A stretch of DNA of 64,000 nucleotides from Eledone cirrhosa (GCA_964016885.1 CAXHJY010001485.1:1-64000), one strand, 5' to 3'; counted from the stretch's first letter, positions 35,500 through 48,730 are shown. The notes: a model not told the origin generated them from the sequence alone. Made by a program: numbers and translations.

Positions 35500-38400
35500 A
35501 GTGGTTGTGGTACTGGTGGTGCTAGTGGTTGTGAGGCTGTGAGATGTGGTTGGTTGTGGTGGTGGTTGTGGTACTGGTGGTGCTAGTGGTTGTGAGGCTG
35601 TGAGATGTGGTTGGTTGTGGTGGTGGTTGTGGTACTGGTGGTGCTAGTGGTTGTGAGGCTGTGAGATGTGGTTGGTTGTGGTGGTGGTTGTGGTACTGGT
35701 GGTGCTAGTGGTTGTGAGGCTGTGAGATGTGGTTGGTTGTGGTGGTGGTTGTGGTACTGGTGGTGCTAGTGGTTGTGAGGCTGTGAGATGTGGTTGGTTG
35801 TGGTGGTGGTTGTGGTACTGGTGGTGCTAGTGGTTGTGAGGCTGTGAGATGTGGTTGGTTGTGGTGGTGGTTGTGGTACTGGTGGTGCTAGTGGTTGTGA
35901 GGCTGTGAGATGTGGTTGGTTGTGGTGGTGGTTGTGGTACTGGTGGTGCTAGTGGTTGTGAGGCTGTGAGATGTGGTTGGTTGTGGTGGTGGTTGTGGTA
36001 CTGGTGGTGCTAGTGGTTGTGAGGCTGTGAGATGTGGTTGGTTGTGGTGGTGGTTGTGGTACTGGTGGTGCTAGTGGTTGTGAGGCTGTGAGATGTGGTT
36101 GGTTGTGGTGGTGGTTGTGGTACTGGTGGTGCTAGTGGTTGTGAGGCTGTGAGATGTGGCTGGTTGTGGTACTGGTGGTGCTAGTGGTTGTGAGGCTGTG
36201 AGATGTGGTTGGTTGTGGTTGTGGTACTGGTGGTGCTAGTGGTTGTGAGGCTGTGAGATGTGGTTAGTTGTGGTGGTGGTTGTGGTACTGGTGGTGCTAG
36301 TGGTTGTGAGGCTGTGAGATGTGGTTGGTTGTGGTGGTGGTTGTGGTACTGGTGGTGCTAGTGGTTGTGAGGCTGTGAGATGTGGTTGGTTGTGGTGGTG
36401 GTTGTGGTACTGGCGGTGCTAGTGGTTGTGAGGCTGTGAGATGTGGTTGGTTGTGGTGGTGGTTGTGGTACTGGTGGTGCTAGTGGTTGTGAGGCTGTGA
36501 GATGTGGTTGGTTGTGGTGGTGGTTGTGGTACTGGTGGTGCTAGTGGTTGTGAGGCTGTGAGATGTGGTTGGTTGTGGTGGTGGTTGTGGTACTGGTGGT
36601 GCTAGTGGTTGTGAGGCTGTGAGATGTGGTTGGTTGTGGTGGTGGTTGTGGTACTGGTGGTGCTAGTGGTTGTGAGGCTGTGAGATGTGGTTGGTTGTGG
36701 TGGTGGTTGTGGTACTGGTGGTGCTAGTGGTTGTGAGGCTGTGAGATGTGGTTGGTTGTGGTGGTGGTTGTGGTACTGGTGGTGCTAGTGGTTGTGAGGC
36801 TGTGAGATGTGGCTGGTTGTGGTAGTGGTTGTGGTACTGGTGGTGCTAGTGGTTGTGAGGCTGTGAGATGTGGTTGGTTGTGGTGGTGGTTGTGGTACTG
36901 GTGGTGCTAGTGGTTGTGAGGCTGTGAGATGTGGTTGGTTGTGGTTGTGGTACTGGTGGTGCTAGTGGTTGTGAGGCTGTGAGATGTGGTTGGTTGTGGT
37001 GGTGGTTGTGGTACTGGTGGTGCTAGTGGTTGTGAGGCTGTGAGATGTGGTTGGTTGTGGTTGTGGTACTGGTGGTGCTAGTGGTTGTGAGGCTGTGAGA
37101 TGTGGTTGGTTGTGGTGGTGGTTGTGGTACTGGTGGTGCTAGTGGTTGTGAGGCTGTGAGATGTGGTTGGTTGTGGTTGTGGTACTGGTGGTGCTAGTGG
37201 TTGTGAGATGTGGTTGGTTGTGGTTGTGGTACTGGTGGTGCTAGTGGTTGTGAGGCTGTGAGATGTGGTTGGTTGTGGTTGTGGTACTGGTGGTGCTAGT
37301 GGTTGTGAGGCTGTGAGATGTGGTTGGTTGTGGTTGTGGTACTGGTGGTGCTAGTGGTTGTGAGGCTGTGAGATGTGGTTGGTTGTGGTGGTGGTTGTGG
37401 TACTGGTGGTGCTAGTGGTTGTGAGGCTGTGAGATGTGGTTGGTTGTGGTTGTGGTACTGGTGGTGCTAGTGGTTGTGAGGCTGTGAGATGTGGTTGGTT
37501 GTGGTTGTGGTACTGGTGGTGCTAGTGGTTGTGAGGCTGTGAGATGTGGCTGGTTGTGGTAGTGGTTGTGGTACTGGTGGTGCTAGTGGTTGTGAGGCTG
37601 TGAGATGTGGCTGGTTGTGGTAGTGGTTGTGGTACTGGTGGTGCTAGTGGTTGTGAGGCTGTGAGATGTGGTTGGTTGTGGTTGTGGTACTGGTGGTGCT
37701 AGTGGTTGTGAGGCTGTGAGATGTGGCTGGTTGTGGTAGTGGTTGTGGTACTGGTGGTGCTAGTGGTTGTGAGGCTGTGAGATGTGGTTGGTTGTGGTGG
37801 TGGTTGTGGTACTGGTGGTGCTAGTGGTTGTGAGGCTGTGAGATGTGGTTGGTTGTGGTGGTGGTTGTGGTACTGGTGGTGCTAGTGGTTGTGAGGCTGT
37901 GAGATGTGGTTGGTTGTGGTGGTGGTTGTGGTACTGGTGGTGCTAGTGGTTGTGAGGTCGTGAGATGTGGTTGGTTGTGGTGGTGGTTGTGGTACTGGTG
38001 GTGCTAGTGGTTGTGAGGTTGTGAGATGTGGTTGGTTGTGGTGGTGGTTGTGGTACTGGTGGTGCTAGTGGTTGTGAGGCTGTGAGATGTGGTTGGTTGT
38101 GGTGGTGGTTGTGGTACTGGTGGTGCTAGTGGTTGTGAGGCTGTGAGATGTGGCTAGTTGTGGTGGTGGTTGTGGTACTGGTGGTGCTAGTAGTTGTGAG
38201 GCTGTGAGATGTGGTTGGTTGTGGTGGTGGTTGTGGTACTGGTGGTGCTAGTGGTTGTGAGGCTGTGAGATGTGGTTGGTTGTGGTGGTGGTTGTGGTAC
38301 TGGTGGTGCTAGTAGTTGTGAGGCTGTGAGATGTGGTTGGTTGTGGTGGTGGTTGTGGTACTGGTGGTGCTAGTGGTTGTGAGGCTGTGAGATGTGGTTG

Positions 38401-39420
38401 GTTGTGGTGGTGGTTGTGGTACTGGTGGTGCTAGTAGTTGTGAGGCTGTGAGATGTGGTTGGTTGTGGTGGTGGTTGTGGTACTGGTGGTGCTAGTGGTT
38501 GTGAGGCTATGAGATGTGGTTGGTTGTGGTGGTGGTTGTGGTACTGGTGGTGCTAGTAGTTGTGAGGCTGTGAGATGTGGTTGGTTGTGGTGGTGGTTGT
38601 GGTACTGGTGGTGCTAGTGGTTGTGAGGCTGTGAGATGTGGCTGGTTGTGGTGATGGTTGTGCTACTGGTGGTGCTAGTGGTTGTGAGGCTGTGAGATGT
38701 GGCTAGTTGTGGTGGTGGTTGTGGTACTGGTGGTGCTAGTGGTTGTGAGGCTGTGAGATGTGGTTGGTTGTGGTGGTGGTTGTGGTACTGGTGGTGCTAG
38801 TAGTTGTGAGGCTGTGAGATGTGGCTGGTTGTGGTGATGGTTGTGGTACTGGTGGTGCTAGTGGTTGTGAGGCTGTGAGATGTGGTTGGTTGTGGTGGTG
38901 GTTGTGCTACTGGTGGTGCTAGTAGTTGTGAGGCTGTGAGATGTGGTTGGTTGTGGTGGTGGTTGTGCTACTGGTGGTGCTAGTGGTTGTGAGGCTGTGA
39001 GATGTGGCTGGTTGTGGTACTGGTGGTGCTACTGGTGGTGCTTGTAGTTGTGAGGCTGTGAGATGTGGTTGGTTGTGGTGGTGGTTGTGGTACTGGTGGT
39101 GCTAGTGGTTGTGAGGTTGTGAGATGTGGTTGGTTGTGGTGATGGTTGTGCTACTGGTGGTGCTAGTAGTTGTGAGGCTGTGAGATGTGGTTGGTTGTGG
39201 TGGTGGTTGTGGTACTGGTGGTGCTAGTGGTTGTGAGGCTGTGAGATGTGGTTGGTTGTGGTTGTGGTACTGGTGGTGCTAGTGGTTGTGAGGCTGTGAG
39301 ATGTGGTTGGTTGTGGTTGTGGTACTGGTGGTGCTAGTGGTTGTGAGGCTGTGAGATGTGGTTGGTGGTGGTTGTGGTACTGGTGGTGCTAGTGGTTGTG
39401 AGGCTGTGAGATGTGGTTGG
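35500..39420. repeat. 61-bp minisatellite, ~65 highly homogeneous copies (55-bp and shorter variants)
   Basis: Unit GGTACTGGTGGTGCTAGTGGTTGTGAGGCTGTGAGATGTGGTTGGTTGTGGTGGTGGTTGT shifts by 1 nt per 60-nt line. Confidence 0.98.
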
Positions 39421-39496
39421 TTATTAGTAAATGAAGACATTATCTTGTGGTACTGATTGAGCCTGTTCAGTTCTTTTAGTTCTGCATTTTCCTTAC

Positions 39497-39543
39497 CAAT
39501 GTCTTCTCGCTTCACAAACGAGGGCGGAAATCCCAGTTCGGAA
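39497..39543 (-). other. Candidate small host-gene exon
   Basis: CTATAG| acceptor and TG|GTAAGG donor; one frame reads SELGFPPSFVKREDI. Confidence 0.3.
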
Positions 39544-40192
39544 CTATAGTATATTTTATTTAGAGTTGTGAGGTTAACCCCAACCCGATCAAACCTAAAC
39601 AAACGTATTATGAAAAGTGTTCAAACCGCGACCATTCTCGATTCACCACAGAATATCTAGTACTATATTATACAATGTTTTCCACACACAAATCACAGTC
39701 GTAGGTTTGACTACCATTTCTAGCAGATCACTTGAACAGGTCGAGATCGACAAACCTGCTACAGTGAAGTTGTTTGCAATGATTAAAATAATATTAGTCA
39801 TTGCTTTCATGTTGTCTTTTCCTCATCACATATGTATTTCTAATTAAATATTTTATACTCATTACATGAATTAGTGTTTTCAGTCGACATCACTTGAGGA
39901 CAAAACACTCAACATTTCGTTTGTGGCCAACAACAGAGAGTGTCGTACATTTTTGTTCAATTGTGTAGCTGGGAGGGGGGGGGGGTCAGTCAACCACAGT
40001 CGAAGCTTTCATAGAAGCGGCACCTTATGAGGGTGTCAGTGTGAGAAGTCGGGGTGGGGCCAGCAAACACAAGGGCTACCCCGGATAGGCACATTTTAGC
40101 CACACTACAGTTTGTGCCTCGCCGGTTACCCTTGTTTGCCCCAGAAAGCTATAAGCCTCCTTAAAGTCCTCCATTAGTTGTTAAATATATAA

Positions 40193-41015
40193 TCTAATAT
40201 ATATTTGTGAAATGGGCGGTGGTTGAAATTCAGATGCGCACGGTTAAATGGTAGTAGACGTGGTCGGACGGACATGAAAATTTACACACCTATGTAAAAA
40301 GTGCCAAGGAAGCAAATAGACGAGGTTTCAAATCTCTAACTTGAAAAATGTGGTCCCTAGGGCCCCCAAACGGTCTATTTACTATCGCGTTCGGTGAGTT
40401 ATTTTCCCCTCTTCTAATACTTGGCTGAGTTATTTACAATTTCATACAAATTTTTAAACTCATCAACGTTCTTTCGCTGTTAACATACAGTACCAATAAT
40501 TTGAAAAATATTATTGAAAGTTTATTATAAAGAAGCAGTTTCAGGAAAAAGTGTAAACTATCATACAAACCTCCATAATATGCATTTTTAAACTTGCATA
40601 TCATCGACATTGTTATTTCGCTGTTAATAAACTATCATCCTTCTACATTTAACGATCATACAGTACCGTTTTATGAAATCGATTCTGCAGTACGGTCACT
40701 GTTTTCCATCAAAAGAAATAAAACCCTTAAATTGCGAAGAAGGGACGCGTGTTTTTATTTTAATTCTAATACGTTAACCACCACTAACAGTAAGTAGTAT
40801 TTTTCAAATTGCATATCATCGGCATTGCTATTTCGCTGTTAATAAACAACGCTTTTCACGTCGCTCCACTTCTCATTGTACGCCATCCAGCCCCAAGTGC
40901 ATATTTCTATTTTTTTTCCTTGAAACTGCTTCTTTATAATAAACTTTCAATAATATTTTTCAAATTATTAACTTAATAAAAAGTGGCCCCGGGTGCAACC
41001 GGGCTCAGCTTCTAG
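40193..41015 (+). mobile_element. Non-autonomous Helitron-like element
   Basis: A|TC start, 3' CCCGG-GTGCAA-CCGGG hairpin followed by CTAG|T, internal ~55-bp inverted repeat (40495-40550 / 40913-40968), and CCCTAGGGCCC shared with the element at 27186. Confidence 0.65.
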
Positions 41016-41200
41016 TATACTTTTAGTCAAGCGGAGTGGATTAGTAGAATCGTTAGAGCGTCGGTATTTATTGAGTTTCTTTACGTCCAGAATTCAAATA
41101 GCGGATAAAATAAAGTATTATACGGGGGAATTATAGAGATGATATAGAAGAACGTCGGAAAGTTCTGGAAATCAAAATGGAGGCGGAATCAGACGATACA

Positions 41201-41431
41201 ATCCGACAGTCATCCATTCTGGAGGCTAACATCCAGTAATATCCGACAGTCATCCATTCTGGCGGTTGACATCCAATAATATCCGACAGTCATCCATTCT
41301 GGAGGCTGACATCCAGTAATATCCGACAGTCATCCGTTCTGGAGGCTAACATCCAGTAATATCCGACAGTCATCCATTCTGGAGGCTGACATCCAATAAT
41401 ATCCGACAGTCATCCATTTTGGAAGCTAACA
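41201..41431. repeat. 40-bp tandem repeat, ~5.8 copies
   Basis: ATCCGACAGTCATCCATTCTGGAGGCTAACATCCAGTAAT units. Confidence 0.95.
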
Positions 41432-41657
41432 TTTCTAGCCTTTAAATGATAAACAAACAGTAATAAAGCAATGATTATAGTCTAAGTTGTTAAAGTAGGT
41501 CTATTGTAATAATAGGGTCTGGGTTTCTGTCTCATTGTTGAGAATTCCATTAGATTTCAGTTGGGACCAGGCACGGTTGTGAAACTCAGTTTCGAGTTCG
41601 ATCCCATGTTAGGCATGTACCTTCTATCAAAACCTCCAGTTGATAAATATAATATGT

Positions 41658-41828
41658 AGTTTCCCGAGTTGTGCCGGGAGGGGGTAACCACAGTTAAAAA
41701 AGCTACTCAGTACATTGGTAGAGTATAGGCATCTTTATAATATATAGAAATGACTTCTACAGGACTAGAACTGTTTCATTCGTATGAAATGACCTAGTCT
41801 TCTAGAAGTCATTTCCATATATAACAAA

Positions 41829-41831
<3 letters not shown>
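41658..41831 (-). mobile_element. Family B element with a fold-back centred near 41781
   Basis: GAAATGACTTCTACAGGACTAG..TTTCAT-tcgt-ATGAAA..CTAGTCTTCTAGAAGTCATTTC. Confidence 0.7.
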
Positions 41832-41867
<36 letters not shown>

Positions 41868-42118
41868 GAAAACACAGGTAAGCATTAAGAGAAGGATTTT
41901 ATCCAGGTATTTACGACCGTTTCATTGGTAAGTGCAACCTTATATTGCTATACTGCAAATAGCAGCCACTCAATTATAATTGTTGTTCACAGTTCAAATT
42001 TTCAAAATAGTGAGTTACCTCTAACTTGTGGAGTTACATCTAACCGTACGTTGAAACCATCCATGAAACTGGCTTTCTTAACCACGAACTGGATCACAAA
42101 AAGCAATTTTCTGCTTCC

Positions 42119-42198
<80 letters not shown>

Positions 42199-42329
42199 GT
42201 GAGGTTTTTTTACAAAATGAAAAATAACCGAGGTGTCCTACACGAGTGAAAGTATAAAGAAAAAAAAGATGAAATCGAAAATGCAACTGGAGTCTTATTT
42301 TTAAAAATATATATATATTTATTTGGTTC

Positions 42330-42365
42330 CTTTACCGGTTTCGCAGTTCTTCTGCTTTTCAAAAG
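42330..42365 (-). ncRNA. Minimal hammerhead candidate with a U3-A8 core variant
   Basis: Reverse strand: CTT-TTGAAAA-GCAG-aagaa-CTGC-GAAA-CCGG-TA-AAG. Confidence 0.5.
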
Positions 42366-42469
42366 TAGAGTTGAGATGGAGGGTCTGTGGTTTTTCTCAC
42401 ATCTTTCTCACACACACACACACATATATATAGATATATATGTGTGTGTAATGCTGTGCAGTATTTCTT

Positions 42470-42710
42470 CTGACACTCTGCAGTCTCTGAGTTCTGCCTT
42501 TCATCCTTACGGGGTTGATAAAATAAACTACCAGTAATGCACTGGGGTAGATTTAATTGACTTTCCCCTTCGCCACAATTGCTGTCCTTTTTCTTAAATC
42601 AAAAACCATTATTTCTAATAGATTAGTTCAAATTCCACTGAGGTCGACTTTATCTTTTATCTTTCTGTGGTCGATAAATTAAATAGAACTATTATTATTG
42701 TTATTATTGT
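42470..42710 (+). mobile_element. Two partial tRNA-type SINE copies
   Basis: GCCTTTCATCCTTACGGGGTTGATAAAATAA and GTTCAAATTCCACTGAGGTCGACTTT cores. Confidence 0.65.
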
Positions 42711-43117
42711 TTGTTGTCACAAGTTCCAGTTATTGGTCTACGGCTATGGAAGGACATTAAAGGGTTAAGTCAATCCCATTCAGTCCAATACTTATTTAAG
42801 TTTCATACTGATTTAATCGATTTCTGTTTGTCGAAGCTCTAAGTTACGCGACATAAAAGGAACGCAACATAAACAAAAACGACCTCATTCCGTTTGAAGT
42901 ATTTGAACAAAAAAGCCCCCCCCCCCCCCCTCCCCATCAACCAAAAAATCAAATCCAATATCACCCTCCCCCAAAAATAAAACAAAAAAGAAACGATCAA
43001 CATGCTTTTTGTGCTTTTCAGGCCATTGTAGACATAAAGACACACACAACCACCACACACGTGTGTGTGTATGTGTGGGATCGAACACACAACCTCATTG
43101 TTATGAAGCGAATTTCT

Positions 43118-43236
43118 TACACCATCTATTGAGTGCTCTGTTGTGCCCTATCTACACCATGTATTGAGTGCTCTGTTGTGCCCTATCTACACCATGTATT
43201 GAGTGCTCTGTTGTGCCCTATCTACACTATGTTGAG
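43118..43236. repeat. 35-bp tandem repeat, ~3.3 copies
   Basis: TATTGAGTGCTCTGTTGTGCCCTATCTACACCATG units. Confidence 0.9.
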
Positions 43237-43589
43237 TCACATGTCACATGTATATGTTGCAAAAGTCGGAGTAACAGTGACTCAACAACTGGTAATAAAT
43301 ATTATATTGAATTTTACGTAACCACATATCAATACTGTATATGAAAAACGATATAATGAGACCTCCCCGCCCTCTATGTAGGGTGGCGGAGGTGCGGTAT
43401 TAACATATGGCGTTTCTTGGGCATTTTGATGCCTGGCGGAGCCCATCCCTCTCCAGGAGTACAGCTTCTTTCAGAAAAAGATAGAAAGTGAGAGAGAAGA
43501 AATGAGAAAAAGATAGAAAGTGAGAGAGAAGAAATGAGAAAAAGATAGAAAGTGAGAGAGCCGAAATGAGAGATGGAGAGGAAAAACTG

Positions 43590-43700
43590 ACCCTTGACTG
43601 GTACCTTTTTTATCGACCTCGAAAAGCAAAGTTGACTTCGGCGGAATTTGAACACCAAGATCAGAGAGCCGGAACGTTCTAACAACTCAGCTTATTCGCC
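43590..43700 (-). mobile_element. tRNA-type SINE fragment
   Basis: TTATCGACCTC..AAAGTTGACTTCGGCGGAATTTGAAC (reverse core). Confidence 0.65.
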
Positions 43701-43709
43701 CCCCCCCCC

Positions 43710-43745
<36 letters not shown>

Positions 43746-43747
43746 TT

Positions 43748-43950
43748 TGGAAAAAGTATGACCCCGACGGCAGAGCTCAAGCCGTTTCGACGGCTATTTC
43801 TGGACTACAATAGTCCAGAAATAGCCGTCGAAACGGCTTGAGCTCTGCCGTCGGGGTCATACTTTTTCATATTTCCCACTCTACTACCCTAAGTATTGAG
43901 TACTCTGGTGCGTTATGGTCCATCTGGTTCCTTACCACAATTCCTTTGTT
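43748..43950 (+). mobile_element. Family A element whose 5' half is a perfect palindrome (58-bp arms, 3-nt loop at 43808-43810)
   Basis: 43750-43807 is the reverse complement of 43811-43868; TA on both flanks. Confidence 0.9.
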
Positions 43951-43975
43951 ATATATATATATATATATATATATA

Positions 43976-44045
43976 GCAGAGTATAAAAGTGTTAATATAG
44001 AAGAGCTTCTACAGGACTAGAACTGTTTCATTCGTGAGAAATCAA
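43976..44045 (-). mobile_element. Family B fragment
   Basis: GCAGAGTATAAAA..TTCTACAGGACTAGAACTGTTTCATTCGTGAGAAATCA. Confidence 0.7.
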
Positions 44046-44245
44046 TACACACAGACGTACGTTAAAGGGGCGTTGATCACTGACTGTCGTCTTTAAGAAG
44101 ATTTTAAGCCTGCAGCAAGAAGTGTGAAGAGAACACCCGGCTGACTTTAAAAATATTGGGAAATTTGGAATTGGAAATGTCTGCGTCTGAACGTCTCCAG
44201 GATTACTTTACCTGATATCAATCACTATTATTTATGGCGATTCAC

Positions 44246-44300
<55 letters not shown>

Positions 44301-44574
44301 GTCATTTCCGTTGGAACGTATACATTACATTTTTTTTAATTTTCTCAAAGTTTTTAAAGTTAACCGGATGTTCACTTTTCTAGCTACAGGCTTAACATTT
44401 ACTAACAACCGGCTGTAAGTGATAAGGGCCCTTCCCCCGCCACCCTGAAGGTTAAGGCACTTGCCCAGCATCCGAGAGATGCAGGGTTCGATTCCTCACA
44501 AGACCTTCTGTCCTCTTTTGCCGTCTCCAACTTTTCAACTATTATTTAATGTGATTGACTATTATTATCATGAT

Positions 44575-44765
44575 AGGCGGTAGGGTGGATTGGCAGTATC
44601 GGTAGAGGGTCGGACGCCATGCTTTGACGCATAGAGTTACGGCCCTTGCCATTCTGAGTTCAAATCCCACCGAGGTTAACTTTGCTTTTCATCCTTAAAA
44701 TAAAGTACCAGTAATACACTGGGATAATTGCTGACCTTATGCCAAAAGTAGAAACAATTATCATT
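44575..44765 (+). mobile_element. tRNA-type SINE
   Basis: TTGGCAGTATCGGTAGAGGGTCGGACGCCATGC (reverse complement present at ~18239-18271), GTTCAAATCCCACCGAGGTTAACTTTGC, and AGTAGAAACAATTAT tail. Confidence 0.8.
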
Positions 44766-46286
44766 AGAGTCTTTACAGTTGGGATGTATACAATATATAT
44801 ACATACATATATATGTGTATGTGTCATGCCCAATTTATTCATCCTCTAAGAAAAAAACATGTGTGTGTGTTTGCGAGAATGTGTGTGTGTGTATGTGCGA
44901 GAATGTGTGTGTGTACACAAACAGACACAGATATGTAGATTGATATAAAACAAATTCTATATATGTATGAGAGAGAGAGTGTGTATGAAAGGAATATTGA
45001 CATGCTAACAGGAAAAGGAAAACTGATTGTGAGGCAGGTTGCCAGATAGAGAGGCTGAGAGTAACGTGCAGAGAAATAGATTTAGATATGTGAGAATATA
45101 ACCTTTCAATTCCGAACATAATTAAAACTTCATATTAATGAGGATAGTAAAGCAAGAATTTTCAATTAATTAAAATGACACTTTCACTGACGAGAACAAT
45201 CACTATCTAAATGACTAATTCTGGTTAAAAGAGACAAGGGAGATAACAGCGATATTTTAATTAAATTTCTTGCCTTGCTCCTGCATCCACCAACAGCTAG
45301 CAGCTCACAGCTAGTAGGATAATATCGTGTTGAAAAACAATCCAGCTGTTGGCAGAGTCACAAGACACAAACAAACGTCGATTAACAAACATAATTTGGG
45401 AAACATAACCCCCCTGGTATTTGTCAGTATCATGAAAGCAGGAATATTTAGAAATAGCTTTAACCTCGTTAGTATAGGGAAACACTATGCTAACCTCATT
45501 GCCATATGATAACCGTGTGGGAATGCTAAATTTCACTTCCACGTGCAACGGGGTTCTTTCCAAGCTTGTCTTTATCTCTGTATCTCGTAGCATTAACTAG
45601 ATGATGAGAGACAGTATATAATACGCCCCGAAACACGATGCCAGTCTACTGTTGGCAAATATGCCCAGAAATGATACCTGTTGCTTCTGACGGTTGAACG
45701 GAGAGATATTAAAATGATGTGTACTTTCGTCTTTTCCCACTATATCATATCATACCGGTTGGTGAAGACTTTACACAAACGCCAGATGTACCAGGTATTG
45801 AACTTGAATCTCCAGCATTAAGATCGTGTTTTAAGTGTTTTAGTCATGTCAACTCAGATTTAAAGCAAAATGGATATATTAATGTAAAAACTACGATGGT
45901 TGTGTAGTGAAAGTTTGTTGTAGTGTGGTGGAGTACAGTGGTGTCGTAATACAGTGGCCGAAAGTTATATGTGCCACCGGTGCTTTGAGAAAGTAACACC
46001 AAATATCAGCCCGGAGCATATCAATGTAAACAACAGAAGTAATATTTAATTTCCTCTTTATGTTTTTCTGTTTAACATCTAGCTGTCTGAGGAGGTCATA
46101 ACTGTTACATAATGGCTACCACCGAACGATGAATAAATGAAGTGAATTATAACCTGTTGAATTGAACTCTATGATATATACTCCGAAGTAAACAGACCAA
46201 CTTCTGTACTTCGTCGAGTGCTCTTCCTTGTATATAAAAGTGTCGGTGATAAACTAACACATACTTTAATTAATAATTATATATAT

Positions 46287-46320
<34 letters not shown>

Positions 46321-47334
46321 ATATTATATATATATATATTATATATATATATAAACATTTTATATAATAAAAGGTGAATATTCGGCCTACAGTGCAGAAA
46401 ACTACATGACTCAATATTTTGTATTGAGTGCTATAAAATGTAATAAAGTGGTCACTAACTTACCCCTTCTATATTACTATATAGATTTAGTTTATATCAA
46501 TGAGTGTTAGTTACATAGAAGTGTCACTTGTGACGAGCAATCTGCTGATACATTTATTGATATACTTGTAAAATAAAACGAATTGTCTCACTGTCATCAG
46601 ATGGTGTTTGCATCCTGTAAAAGATATTATCAGTATATGGTTGACAACAACTTCATTATGACATACTACATCCTGATATAATCCTGATATTCTCATGATA
46701 TTATCGGATAATATCATGCTTAATCGGTTGAGTGTCGGACAACATGCTTTTCGGCATATAGTTCAGGCCTTTATGGAGTTTCATCGATTTAATTGACTCC
46801 CCAAATTGCAGGACTATAAATTAGAAACCATTACATTAAGCCTGCTAACTGGTAAAGTCGTTTGGTCCGGATCTTTGTGTTCAAATCTCGCTGATGGAAA
46901 GTCCAATGGAAATTTATAGACATATATATATATATACTATTTTACCCACACGAAGTTGTCTTCCTCATTGATTAACGTACGTGTGTAATCTAACCAGTTG
47001 GATTTGAATTTTAATAATACGAACTTAATTGGTGAGTGGTTGGGGAAACGACCGAAGCTGTGTCCATTCTGACAAGCTTCATCTCTTAATTATATATATA
47101 TATATGTGTGTGCGTGTGTGTTTATATGTACATACAAACATGTAAATTTGTGTAGTTTAAATACGAAAAAGGTTCCTTTTTTTTTCAAGAAGACAACTTA
47201 AGAGACTAATGTATATATACAAATTTATGAAAAAATAGTATTTTTAACGACGTATATATTTCAAACAATATAAAGAAATAAAAAACACTACATTAATATT
47301 GATTTTTAATTAAGGCATGTAAATGATTACATCA

Positions 47335-47445
47335 ACGCCAGTATATGACTGGTACTTTATTTTATCAACCCCGAGAATGATAGAAGGCAAAGTTAACCTG
47401 GGTGGGATTTGAACTCAGACTGTAAAGCCAGATCAAATACTGCAA
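47335..47445 (-). mobile_element. tRNA-type SINE fragment
   Basis: CTGGTACTTTATTTTATC..GGCAAAGTTAACC..GGGATTTGAACTCAGA. Confidence 0.65.
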
Positions 47446-47636
47446 TGACATTATATTTGAGAAGACACAACTATTTCGTTCCTGTTTAATCTTATTCTTC
47501 ATATTTTCTTAGTAACCCCTTTATTTTGGAAGAATAACCAACATAATTCTATTTGTGTTCTCTGAATGGAATTGCGACGAATATAGAGTTTAAAATACTA
47601 CACATTCTTTGACCAGTCTAACGTTGTGTTGTTGTT

Positions 47637-47682
<46 letters not shown>

Positions 47683-47688
47683 CACACA

Positions 47689-47737
<49 letters not shown>

Positions 47738-48099
47738 ATTTATTGAACAAGTTGTAAACAGCGAGATCGAAATCACTGGATATCGATCTAAACTCTTATT
47801 ATATATAACACTGTGTTAACCTGCAGGAAATACAATATATATAAAGCTATACATGTTGGTTGTTACTCCATGTGTTTGAGGGTATACAGCTGTATTGCCA
47901 CATGTTGGTTGTTACTCCATGTGTTTATCTGTGAGACTGATGCTTCATGAAATGGCACAGAATTGCAGTAAGAAGTTGGAATGTCAGTAAAATGAAGAAT
48001 CATGTAAATCAACGTGAATTTGTTGCGAATATAAGGAGCAAGTGAAACACGTGACCCAACATTGTACCAGGCGTTGCTCACTGGGAGCAGCTGCATGAT

Positions 48100-48730
48100 G
48101 CAATCTACAAAACAGTGTATCGATCAGTTCCCTATTGCAAGTATGCCGACTGGTTTGATGAACATGACGTGAAGATACAACAGCTGTTATCTAAAAAACG
48201 AAAGCACCGTCAAACCGTTCCAAATGGATGAAATACACGCCAAGTTACTAGCTTAAACAAACATGTAAATACTTTGCTACAGAAGGAACTATGGCCGCTG
48301 AATGTGCGATGGTAGAGCCAGAAAAAAGAAGAAATTGTGGACCTTGCTGATTGTAACAATGTGAAGGCCTTCTCTGCCAGTTTGAGAGAGTATATGGTCC
48401 TTAGAAAAGTGGTAATGTAGAGTAAGAACGACACACACCTCTAGATAAAGACAACACTGGTAAGAACATTTTAATGAACTACTATGCCAGCACTTAACAT
48501 GTTCTCAAGAGGTTGTAAAATGTATTGAACAGCTTTCGGAGAATATCTGTTTGTAGGACCTGGAAGAAGCCATTCACGCGACAAAATTCGAAAAGCAGCA
48601 TGGTGTTGAAAGAATCCCCACGAACGGCTATAAGTGGGTTGGGAGTCATTCTTCAAAGAATATTGGTAACAGTCCAAAGATTCATAGACAGTCGCCATTT
48701 ACAAGCAAAGGGCGATCGAATTTCAGTCAT
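48100..48730 (+). pseudogene. Degraded RTE (BovB-like) LINE ORF fragment
   Basis: DWFDEHDVKIQQLLSKKRK, W*SQKKEEIVDLADCNNVKAFSASLR/VYGP and AIYKQ/KGDR across frameshifts. Confidence 0.75.

Noticed and set aside
35500-39420. CRISPR-like or telomeric array
   Set aside because: Head-to-tail units with no unique spacers, no cas genes and no TTAGGG; it is a minisatellite.
41201-41431. CRISPR-like 40-bp repeats
   Set aside because: Contiguous tandem units without spacers.
44440-44505. tRNA gene
   Set aside because: Box A/B-like motifs are present but no full cloverleaf or acceptor stem; more likely a SINE head.
45596-45650. Hammerhead-like TGATGA..GAAACACG
   Set aside because: C3 is missing and the stems and cleavage triplet are unconvincing.
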